A DNA stretch of 64,000 nucleotides from Candidatus Limnocylindrales bacterium (lineage in GTDB: Bacteria; Desulfobacterota; Binatia; UBA1149; CAITLU01): assembly GCA_035571835.1 (NCBI GenBank), contig DATNBU010000037.1:140753-204752 (forward strand), written 5' to 3'. This document shows positions 56,297-64,000 of this stretch, piece by piece. The notes under the pieces were generated by a model. That model searched no databases. It was not told the DNA's origin and saw nothing but the letters and a program-made list of their open reading frames with translations. Made by a program: the position numbers and the translations under genes. Each line of letters starts with the position of its first letter. The stretch's first letter is position 1.

Positions 56297-56752
56297 TCAG
56301 CCGCCGTTCGATCCGACGAGGATCGCCCGCGCTTCGCTGGCGTCGTGCGACTGCCGGAGCGCTGCGGTCTTGTCCTGGTCGCGAAGGACCCGCGCGATCT
56401 GCGAGACCGCGGTCAGAAGCTCGGCGCTCGGCTCGTCGGGTGCGATGATCGCGCATACGAGGTCGACCGGTCGCGCGTCGTTCGACTCGAAACCGATCGG
56501 CGACAGCAGCCGAAGGAAGACTGCGTGCGTCTTCGCGAGCCGGTGCAGCCTGGCGTGCGGCAGAGCGATTCCCCCGCCGACTCCCGTCGACCCGAGCGCC
56601 TCGCGTGCGAGCAGCGCTCCCTCGACGACGTCGCTCGGCATGCCTGCCTCGGACGCCAGCAGACTTGCCGCGTGCGCGATGGCACGCGGCTTGTCGGTCA
56701 GGGTGAGGTCGAGGGACACGGAATCGGGGGTCAGCACTTGTTCAAGATTCAT
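56297..56752 (-). CDS. PTS EIIA-type-2 (PtsN/EIIA-Ntr-like) regulatory protein
   Basis: GIALPHAR active-site motif; 151 aa. Confidence 0.7.
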   Translation of the reverse strand: MNLEQVLTPDSVSLDLTLTDKPRAIAHAASLLASEAGMPSDVVEGALLAREALGSTGVGGGIALPHARLHRLAKTHAVFLRLLSPIGFESNDARPVDLVCAIIAPDEPSAELLTAVSQIARVLRDQDKTAALRQSHDASEARAILVGSNGG

Positions 56753-56896
56753 TCCCTGCAGCTCCGTACGGAATTTCTACCACACAGCTCGAAGGCATGC
56801 GCGATTGCCGGCTGTTGTTTCTGCGAATCTTTGTCGGGTCTTGGCCTCGCGCCGGCGATCCGGCACTCTCTGGCGCTGGATGAGGCCCGCTGAGCG

Positions 56897-58222
56897 ATGA
56901 ACGCCGACCTTCGCGCAAAGACCATTTCGGCCGATGAGGCCGCCGAGCTCGTAAAATCGGGAGACTGGGTCGACTTCGGTGCCGGCCTGTCCCAGCCCGA
57001 CCTGTTCGATGAAGCTCTCGCACGTCGCAAGGACGCGCTGCGTGGCGTTCGAATTCGAGCCTGCGTCACAATGTCGCCGCGGGCGGTTCTCGAATCGGAC
57101 CCGACCGGCGAACATTTCCTGTGGTTCAACTGGCACTTCTCCGGCCACGACCGGGGCAGCAATACGGGTGGCCGGTGCAACTACATCCCGATGAATTTCG
57201 GCGAGGCGCCCGACTACTATCGCCGTTTCCTCGACCCCGTCGACGTGGCCTGCATCAAGACCACTGCGATCGACGAGGACGGGTGGTTCAACTACGCAGC
57301 CACCAACGCGAACACCGACGCCATCCTCGAGCGCGCGAAGGTCATCATCGTCGAGACCTCGACTGCGATGCCGCACGTCCGGAGCGACGGTGGAAGAATC
57401 CATCTCCGTGACGTCCACTACGTGATCGACGGCGGCGAGAACCCGCTTCCCGAGCTCGCCAACCCGCCGGTCACCGAAGTGGACCACCGCGTGGCCACCC
57501 TCATCGCCGAGCAGATCGACGACGGCGCCTGCCTGCAGATCGGCATCGGCGGCATGCCGAACGCCGTCTGCCTGTTGCTGAAGGATGCCGGCCTCGAGGA
57601 TCTCGGCATTCATACCGAGATGTTCGTCGACGGCATGGTGGATCTCATCGAGTCGGGCGTCGCCAACGGCGCGCGCAAACAGATGAACAAGGGCGAGGCC
57701 GTCTTCACTTTTGCCGGCGGCTCGCGCCATTCGTACGATTTCCTCGACCGAAACCCGTCGGTTCGAAGCTGCCCTGTCGACTATACGAACCTTCCCGACC
57801 AGATCGCGCGCAACGACCGCGTGGTCTCGATCAACAACACCACGCAGATCGACCTGCAGGGCCAGGCCGCCTCCGAATCCGACGGCCACCGCCACCTGAC
57901 CGGCACCGGAGGCCAGCTCCAGTTCGTCCGCGGTGCCTACGCCTCCAAAGGCGGAAAATCTTTCCTGTGCCTCGCATCCACCTACGAACGCCACGGCGTC
58001 AGGAGAAGCCGCATCGTCACCGCGCTGACCCCCGGCAACATCGTCACAACCCCGCGCACCGACGTCATGCACGTCGTAACCGAATACGGCAGCGTCTGCC
58101 TCAAAGGAAAGTCCGTCGCCGAACGCGCCACAGCGCTGATCGCCCTGGCCCACCCCGACTACAGAGAAGAACTGGAACGCGAAGCCAGACAGCAAGGCAT
58201 GATCCCGAAGCACTTCTTCTGA
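56897..58222 (+). CDS. Acetyl-CoA hydrolase/transferase family protein (4-hydroxybutyrate/butyryl-CoA transferase-like)
   Basis: 441 aa; full-length family similarity (IGIGGMPNAV, GGQLQFVRGA). Confidence 0.8.
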   Translation: MNADLRAKTISADEAAELVKSGDWVDFGAGLSQPDLFDEALARRKDALRGVRIRACVTMSPRAVLESDPTGEHFLWFNWHFSGHDRGSNTGGRCNYIPMNFGEAPDYYRRFLDPVDVACIKTTAIDEDGWFNYAATNANTDAILERAKVIIVETSTAMPHVRSDGGRIHLRDVHYVIDGGENPLPELANPPVTEVDHRVATLIAEQIDDGACLQIGIGGMPNAVCLLLKDAGLEDLGIHTEMFVDGMVDLIESGVANGARKQMNKGEAVFTFAGGSRHSYDFLDRNPSVRSCPVDYTNLPDQIARNDRVVSINNTTQIDLQGQAASESDGHRHLTGTGGQLQFVRGAYASKGGKSFLCLASTYERHGVRRSRIVTALTPGNIVTTPRTDVMHVVTEYGSVCLKGKSVAERATALIALAHPDYREELEREARQQGMIPKHFF

Positions 58223-59240
58223 AAGGCTCTTCGCGGGTTTCCACGTCGTTCTCCGCAAGGACGCGACCGCCCACGGACATGCGCCTTTCGCGACAAGTGC
58301 GAACATTCCCCGGGGAATGTTCGTGCAGCCATGTACAGTCGCGATTCGCTGCGCCCGCCCGGAGTGATTTCAAGCGCGAGCAAGCTACGCCCTTAAGCGG
58401 ATGACCAAAGCGCGCACAAAGAGACCGCCCGCACCATTTTCGTGAATCGTGACTGACCGTCGCCCTATGCGCGGACTTCGTAGAAGGGTCCAGATGCAAG
58501 GCAGATTCCGGCGAAGAGAGGGAGTCGTACTTCCCGTACGTCGACCAAACGCAGCCGGAATCGAACGCAGCAGATGGGCCCTTATACGAAGTCCGCCCAG
58601 CGATCGTGGCACTGACATAGCCGGTCGGCGATTGAGCGAAACGGCCGCAAGAAACACAAACCCCGGCAGCGCTTCCATCTCGAGAGACGGCCCGCCGGTG
58701 AGAGCGGGACTGCCGGGGTTCGGTGGTGTTTGGGTCCCCTTGAGGGGCGACCCAGCGATGTGCTGGAGCGCGTTTCCTCCTAAGAGGACACCACCTCACA
58801 GGTCACCTTGAACGAATAGATCACTGGATCACCTCCTTTGTTTTCGGCGGGGGACAATGAGCGGTCCCGAGCACCGCTGCCTCAGAGGAAGACCGCCGGT
58901 GTCCCCCCTGGGCCCCGGCCACCGACCGAAGTCGGCGATGAGGCCTGTGTACGCCTCGGCCAGGCGATCGCTGAACAGGCGGTCAAATTACGCTCGCGCC
59001 TGACGGTTGTCGAGACACGGAAGTGCAAATCTGCTGGTGTTTTTCCGCAAAAGCGGGTGACCGTGCGGTACTGCTTCGACGCCTGTTCGAACTCTGAACG
59101 CGTCGCGTCGCAAGACACGGCGAGCGCCGCCAACAAACATTCTTGCATTCCCACTGCAACACCCATTAGGTTGCGATCGGGAATCGGGGAGAGAGGCGCA
59201 CGTTTCGCGTGCGCGGTTCCGAAGCCTCCAAGGAAAGCTT

Positions 59241-61358
59241 ATGAAAAATCGACTTCGTCATCTCGCCATCGTTGCGTTCGCTGCGCTCGTGTCGTCGAGC
59301 GTTGCGTCGGCCCAGTGCCCGGACTGTTCCGTCAAGGGCGGTGGCAGCCCGAAGACCGACTGTCACGTCGAGCTCGCAAACGACGTGCTGCACGTGAACT
59401 ACCCGTTCTATCCGAAGAAGAGCAAGGAAGTGCGCTGCTTCGACGGCGATGCGTGCGACCTCGACGGCATCGCGAACAACTCGTGCACGTTCGACGTCGA
59501 CCTCTGCCTGCACAACGCGGATCCGTCCCTGCCCGACTGCGTACCGGCGACCGTTACGGCCGTTACGGTAAGCGACGTCGAGGATTTCCCGGAGCTCACG
59601 AGCCTGCAGACTGCCGCAAATGGCCTGCTTCCCGCCAGCACCAACGTCTGCACGACCGGTCAGACCGTCACTGTCCCGCTCGAAGGTCCGGACGACAACG
59701 GCGTCTACACGGCGACCAAATTCTCCATGAAAATCGGCACCGAAGGCGGCAAGGACAAGGACAAATACAAGTTCCTGTGCGTGCCGCGCGGCTGGCCGAG
59801 CCACGGCTACGACAATGCGAATACGCGCGCGACGCCGCTCGACACCGGCATCGACTCGACGAACGTTTCGACGCTCGTCGAGAAGTGGACGTTCAATACG
59901 CCGGGCGACAACCCTGCGGTCAGCTCGACGGTGACGGTCGGCTCGACGATGGTCTACACGACCGCCTGGGACAGCAAGGTCTACGCGCTCGACAAGAAGA
60001 ACGGCGAGATCAAGTGGACGTTCAATACCCACGCCACCCACGGCGGCATCACCAAGGGAATTCAAAGCTCGCTTACGCTCACGCCCGAAGGCCGCGTGCT
60101 TGTGGCCGACAGCAACGGACAGCTCTACTGCCTCGACGGAAAGAAAGGCACGCAGGTCTGGCACGCCGACGCGGCGACTGCGGATCCGAACGCCGCACAC
60201 GCGTGGGCAAGCCCGCTGGTCGCCAACGGCATGGTGCTGATGGGAATCGCATCGCACAACGACGCGCCGTGTACGCGCGGTACGCTGATCGCGTACGACC
60301 TCAACACAGGTGTGGAGAAATGGCGCCAGCACACCGTTCCGGAGCGCATCTGCTACGACGACACGACCAACGAGTGCAGCGCGAACAGCGATTGCGTCGC
60401 CGCTGCGGCAGGCTCGCCTTGCCTGATCGGAGACTGCGACAGCAACCCGGAAATCTCGTGCACCACGAACGCGGATTGCCCGAGCACGTTCCTTACGGGC
60501 GGTCAGTGCATTGCAGCCGGATCACCGACGGGAGAGTGCTGGCTCGAGCGATCGATCTCGTGCACGGCCGACGCCGATTGTCCGGCGTGCGTCCCGGGGG
60601 TCGGCGGTGGAGTAACGGCGACGCCGGCGGCTTCGGCCGACGGAACCTCCATCTACATGGCGAGCGTCGGCTGCCTGTCGCGGCCGTCGATCGGCAACTC
60701 CGACAGCATCTTCAAGCTCGACGCCGCAACCGGCGACATCGTGTGGGCTTACCGGACCGAGTCGATCGAGCAGTTCCAGTCGTTCGAGGGCGGACCGACC
60801 TACCACGATTACGGATTCCTCAACGGGCCGATCCTCACCGACAACGGCACGCCGCTGGCCGTGGCCGGTGGAAAGGACGGAGCGATCTACGCAGTGAACC
60901 AGGAAACCGGCGCGCTCGAATGGTCGAACGTCATTTCGGCGCCACCGACGTTCGCCGGATTCGGACTCTTCAACGGCGCGGACGCGTACGACGCGGAGAC
61001 CGATCAGTTCTTTGCAGCGCTCGACGGCAGCACGACGTACGCGACGTCGAACGACCACCTGATCTCCTTCAATGGGGCAGACGGAACGACCGGCTGGTCA
61101 GAGCTTCCGGGCTCGTCGAACGCGAGCTGGAGCAGTCTCACGCTCGCGAACGACGTTCTCTATGCGGGAACCAATGCCCATTCGCGGCTCGACGCGTACA
61201 ACAAGGCGACGGGCGCGTTCATCGCATCGCTGAACGTCCCGTCCGGACAGGTCTACGGCGGAGCGGCGGTCGAAAACGGCGTGATCTACATTCCCTTCGG
61301 GAACATCATCAGCGGCGACGGCGGCGTGATCGCCTACCAGTTGCCGACGGCGCCGTAG
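59241..61358 (+). CDS. Secreted PQQ-repeat beta-propeller protein with an inserted Cys-rich domain
   Basis: Signal peptide MKNRLRHLAIVAFAALVSSSVASA; repeated VYALDKKNGEIKWTF / LYCLDGKKGTQVWH / LIAYDLNTGVEKWR / IFKLDAATGDIVWAY / IYAVNQETGALEWS; AAGGAAAG SD. Confidence 0.8.
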   Translation: MKNRLRHLAIVAFAALVSSSVASAQCPDCSVKGGGSPKTDCHVELANDVLHVNYPFYPKKSKEVRCFDGDACDLDGIANNSCTFDVDLCLHNADPSLPDCVPATVTAVTVSDVEDFPELTSLQTAANGLLPASTNVCTTGQTVTVPLEGPDDNGVYTATKFSMKIGTEGGKDKDKYKFLCVPRGWPSHGYDNANTRATPLDTGIDSTNVSTLVEKWTFNTPGDNPAVSSTVTVGSTMVYTTAWDSKVYALDKKNGEIKWTFNTHATHGGITKGIQSSLTLTPEGRVLVADSNGQLYCLDGKKGTQVWHADAATADPNAAHAWASPLVANGMVLMGIASHNDAPCTRGTLIAYDLNTGVEKWRQHTVPERICYDDTTNECSANSDCVAAAAGSPCLIGDCDSNPEISCTTNADCPSTFLTGGQCIAAGSPTGECWLERSISCTADADCPACVPGVGGGVTATPAASADGTSIYMASVGCLSRPSIGNSDSIFKLDAATGDIVWAYRTESIEQFQSFEGGPTYHDYGFLNGPILTDNGTPLAVAGGKDGAIYAVNQETGALEWSNVISAPPTFAGFGLFNGADAYDAETDQFFAALDGSTTYATSNDHLISFNGADGTTGWSELPGSSNASWSSLTLANDVLYAGTNAHSRLDAYNKATGAFIASLNVPSGQVYGGAAVENGVIYIPFGNIISGDGGVIAYQLPTAP

Positions 61359-61415
61359 GCATTCGACAATCCGGGACAGGTACGAATTGTAGTTCGTACC
61401 TGTCCCATCTCGGGA

Positions 61416-61449
61416 CGGCGGCGGATTTTCGAATCCGCCGCCGTTTTTT
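61416..61449 (+). terminator. Rho-independent terminator
   Basis: GGCGGCGGATTTTCGAATCCGCCGCC followed by GTTTTTTT; preceded by a GGGACAGGTACGAA/TTCGTACCTGTCCC hairpin (61373..61406). Confidence 0.8.
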
Positions 61450-61470
61450 TGCGAATGGAGCTGGAGCGAC

Positions 61471-62931
61471 TTACTGCCGGAGCGCCGGCTCGTATCCCCA
61501 CGGCAGATTGACCTGCTTCGACTCGAGATACGCGCGCAGGCCTTCGGGTCCGAGCTCGCGACCGATCCCGGACGACTTGAAGCCGCCGAACGGCGAGCCG
61601 AACTCCATCATGAAACCGTTGACGGTGTAGACGCCGGTGCGCACGCGGCGCGCGACGTCGAGCCCGCGGTCCACGTCGGCGGTCCATACGGATCCCGCGA
61701 GCCCGTATTCCGAGTCGTTGGCGATCGCGACCGCGTCCTTCTCGTCGTCGAACGGGATCAGCACGAGCACTGGTCCGAAGATCTCCTCGCGCGCGACGCG
61801 CATCGAATTGTTGACGCCGGTCATCAGCGTCGGCTCCACGTACCAGCCTTTGTCCATCGACGACGGGCGGCCGCCGCCGACCGCAACCTTGGCGCCTTCG
61901 CCGCGACCGATCGCGATGTAGCCTTCGACGCGCTCGCGCTGCCGGCTCGAAACCAGCGGCCCGCACTCGGTCGACGGATCCATCGGATCGCCGACGCGCA
62001 TCGCGCCGACTGCCGCCGAAAGGCGCTCGGCGACTTCGTCGTAGCGCGAGCGCGGCGCGAGAATGCGCGTCTGCCCGACGCACGCCTGGCCGTTGTTCAT
62101 GATCGCGCCGCCCATCAGGCCCGGGATCGCCATGTCGAGGTCGGCGTCCTCCATGACGATGCAGGCCGACTTTCCGCCGAGCTCGAGCGTGACGCGCTTC
62201 AGGTTCTGGCCGCAGATCGATGCGATGTGCCGTCCGGCGGCGGTCGAACCCGTGAACGAAACCTTGTCAACGCCGGGATGCCGCACGAGGTATTCGCCGA
62301 CCTCACGCCCGGTCTGGACGATGCTGACGACGCCTTCCGGAATGCCGGCCTGCGTGCAGGCCTCGGCAAGGATGTACGCGTCGAGCGGAGTCTCGGGCGC
62401 CGGTTTGACGACGATCGTGCAGCCGGCGGCCAGTGCCGGCGCGAGCTTGAGCATGATCGTGAACAGCGGGACGTTCCACGGCACGATCGCCGCGACCACG
62501 CCGACCGGCTCGTGGCGCACCACGCACGGTCCCATCATTCCCTGGCGCGTCTCTTCGAATGCGAACTCGCGCGCGAGCCCGGTGAAGTAGTCGAGCACCA
62601 TGTTGGCGGCCATCGCCTGGCCGAGGTTCGAAAAGCTGATCGGCGAGCCCATCTCGCGCGTGATCGTCTCGGCGATCTCCTCGCTGCGCCCCTGGAGGAT
62701 GGCCGAGAGCTGGGCCATGTGGGCCGCGCGCTCGGCGGCCGGCATGCGCGGCCACGGGCCGTCGTCGAACGCGTGGCGTGCGGCCGCGACGGCCGCATCC
62801 ACGTCGGCCTCGCGGGCCTCGGGAACCCGGGCGATGGCTTCCTCGGTATGCGGCGAGATCACGTCGATGGTCGCGCCGGAAGAGGGAGCCTGCCACTGGC
62901 CGCCGATGTAGAGCTTGTCCTGGGTCTGCAT
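61471..62931 (-). CDS. NAD(P)+ aldehyde dehydrogenase
   Basis: ELGGKSA, GQACVGQTRILAPRS (catalytic Cys), GSTAAG motifs. Confidence 0.9.
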   Translation of the reverse strand: MQTQDKLYIGGQWQAPSSGATIDVISPHTEEAIARVPEAREADVDAAVAAARHAFDDGPWPRMPAAERAAHMAQLSAILQGRSEEIAETITREMGSPISFSNLGQAMAANMVLDYFTGLAREFAFEETRQGMMGPCVVRHEPVGVVAAIVPWNVPLFTIMLKLAPALAAGCTIVVKPAPETPLDAYILAEACTQAGIPEGVVSIVQTGREVGEYLVRHPGVDKVSFTGSTAAGRHIASICGQNLKRVTLELGGKSACIVMEDADLDMAIPGLMGGAIMNNGQACVGQTRILAPRSRYDEVAERLSAAVGAMRVGDPMDPSTECGPLVSSRQRERVEGYIAIGRGEGAKVAVGGGRPSSMDKGWYVEPTLMTGVNNSMRVAREEIFGPVLVLIPFDDEKDAVAIANDSEYGLAGSVWTADVDRGLDVARRVRTGVYTVNGFMMEFGSPFGGFKSSGIGRELGPEGLRAYLESKQVNLPWGYEPALRQ

Positions 62932-63029
62932 GATCGAGCTGTTCTCCCGCAAATGAAGTGGTTCGGACCGCCCGTGTGTAGCCCGGAGGGCCGTCCGGCG
63001 GAAATCCAAACGATCGTTTGTCTCGCCGG

Positions 63030-63108
63030 AAATCGGGGACAGACACCGATTTCCCGAAACCCGGGACAGACACCGATTTCCCGAATTCGGGGTCTGACCC
63101 CGATTTCC
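63030..63108. repeat. Three direct copies of a ~27-bp unit A(A/T)(A/T)(T/C)CGGGGACAGACACCGATTTCCCG, the same unit as at 8429..8540
   Basis: aaatcggggacagacaccgatttcccgaaacccgggacagacaccgatttcccgaattcggggtctgaccccgatttcc. Confidence 0.8.
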
Positions 63109-63121
63109 TCAAAACCGCGAG

Positions 63122-64000
63122 CTAGACCGCGACCGCGCTCTTTTCCGTCAGATCGCGAACCCGCTGGCCGAGAATCCACGCGAGATTGCGGAACAGCTTG
63201 GCGCCGGTGCCCGGGAAGCGGCGACGAACGCGCTCGAGATCGGCCGACGAAAGCCGCAGGATTTCGGTGCCCGTTTCGGCAACCACGTCCGCCGAGCGCG
63301 GCTTGGTGTCGATCAGCGCGACCTCGCCGAACAGGTCGCCGGACTTCATTTTCGACAGCAGTTTTTCGCGGCCGCCTTCGGTGACGCTCGCGCGCAGCGC
63401 GCCGCTCAGCACCAGGTACATGCTGCCGTCGCTCTCTTCGCCGCGCTGGATCACGTGCTGTCCCGGCTCGAACGTCTCGATCGTGCCGAGCATGATCACC
63501 TTGCGCGCTTCCCACTTCGTGAAGTCACGAAGCAGCGCCGTCGCCGTGATGTCGCCTTCGAGCTTGAGCCCGACGATGTTCCACGCGGTCACGAGCCGCG
63601 TTGAGACCATGAGGATCGGCGTCATGGTGAGCTCGGTGACGATGGCGAGCAGCATCGTTACCGCGGAAAGGCCGCCGAAGTAGGCGGTCGGCACGAAGTT
63701 CGAGAACACCAGAATCGCGAAGCCGGCCGCGAGCGCGAGCGACGTCGACAGGATCGATTTCCCCTCGGCATGAAGGGTCGCGAACATCGCCTTTTCCTGG
63801 TCGTGGTGCCGGTCGAGCTCGGCGCTGTAGCGCGCCATGTAGTGCACCGTGTCGTCGACGGCGATGCCGATGGCGATCGCCGCGATCATGCACGTGCCGA
63901 CGTTCAGAGGAATGCCGAACACACCCATGATCCCGAAAATGACGGCGATCGGCACCAGGTTCGGGATCAGCGAAAGCAGGCCGGCGCGGATCGACATGAA
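63122..64000 (-). CDS. C-terminal part of an RND/MMPL-superfamily transporter fused to a cyclic-nucleotide-binding domain (gene continues beyond the window end)
   Basis: TM helices SIRAGLLSLIPNLVPIAVIFGIMGVFGIPLNVGTCMIAAIAIGIAVDDTVHY; C-terminal cNMP-binding GDLFGEVALID...RSADVVA. Confidence 0.65.
   Translation of the reverse strand, partial: FMSIRAGLLSLIPNLVPIAVIFGIMGVFGIPLNVGTCMIAAIAIGIAVDDTVHYMARYSAELDRHHDQEKAMFATLHAEGKSILSTSLALAAGFAILVFSNFVPTAYFGGLSAVTMLLAIVTELTMTPILMVSTRLVTAWNIVGLKLEGDITATALLRDFTKWEARKVIMLGTIETFEPGQHVIQRGEESDGSMYLVLSGALRASVTEGGREKLLSKMKSGDLFGEVALIDTKPRSADVVAETGTEILRLSSADLERVRRRFPGTGAKLFRNLAWILGQRVRDLTEKSAVAV

Noticed and set aside
56777-58306. 509-aa minus-strand ORF
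   Set aside because: Antisense of the CoA-transferase gene 56897..58222.
58811-58826. 16S rRNA gene end (CTGGATCACCTCCTTT)
   Set aside because: Only the terminal 15-16 nt match; the upstream helix 45 / GTAACAAGGTAACC region is absent, so it is not an rRNA gene.
58838-61630. 930-aa Arg-rich plus-strand ORF
   Set aside because: It is an out-of-frame overlap of the well-supported PQQ-propeller gene 59241..61358 (signal peptide, SD, repeats) and has homopolymeric R/G composition.

Overview
This is a high-GC (roughly 65-70%) bacterial chromosomal segment with Myxococcota/Deltaproteobacteria-like features. These include Myxococcus-type DGxCD cysteine-rich repeats, BNR/Asp-box secreted proteins and many large Cys-rich exported proteins. 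All calls below rest on reading the sequence and on remembered family motifs; no database search was run.

Housekeeping genes include tldD-pmbA, infA, tRNA-Gln, tRNA-Val, nhaA, rnhB, crcB, a Tat-exported Fe/Mn superoxide dismutase, two crotonases, a NUDIX hydrolase, a GAF histidine kinase, a HemQ/chlorite-dismutase-like gene, an aldehyde dehydrogenase, a CoA-transferase and a PtsN-like EIIA.

Accessory content:
- A ~5.8 kb low-GC genomic island sits at the 3' end of tRNA-Val (15147..20950). It is bounded by an imperfect direct repeat of the tRNA 3' end and carries a decayed P4-type integrase remnant. Its cargo is a 512-aa protein with a C-terminal dCMP/dCTP-deaminase zinc motif (AvcD/DCD-like), a stand-alone OLD-family ATPase/TOPRIM nuclease, and between them an uncharacterised two-gene cassette (an HEPN-like Rx4H protein plus a membrane-anchored protein). 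This cassette is the best candidate for an undescribed defence system.
- An ArsM-like SAM methyltransferase whose ORF is interrupted by an in-frame TGA exactly at the conserved As(III)-binding Cys of the GC(I/V)AGA motif. A GGUC-loop hairpin lies about 24 nt downstream. The extended ORF ends in a GTGA overlap with the next gene's start. This is a candidate selenocysteine-ArsM.
- An arsenic/organoarsenical cluster (ArsR, aquaglyceroporin, ArsI-like VOC with a vicinal Cys pair, methyltransferase, TauD dioxygenase).
- A ~10 kb block of secreted proteins sharing a dockerin-like Ca-binding motif.
- A dispersed family of GGGACAG-containing palindromic intergenic repeats at five loci.
- A tandem ~18-bp SD-like repeat array upstream of the hemQ-like gene.
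- A (GCCGTG)7 microsatellite whose in-frame GTG codons form the start region of a DUF1640 gene.

Many long R/A-rich ORFs in the six-frame track are antisense shadows of real genes and were rejected.
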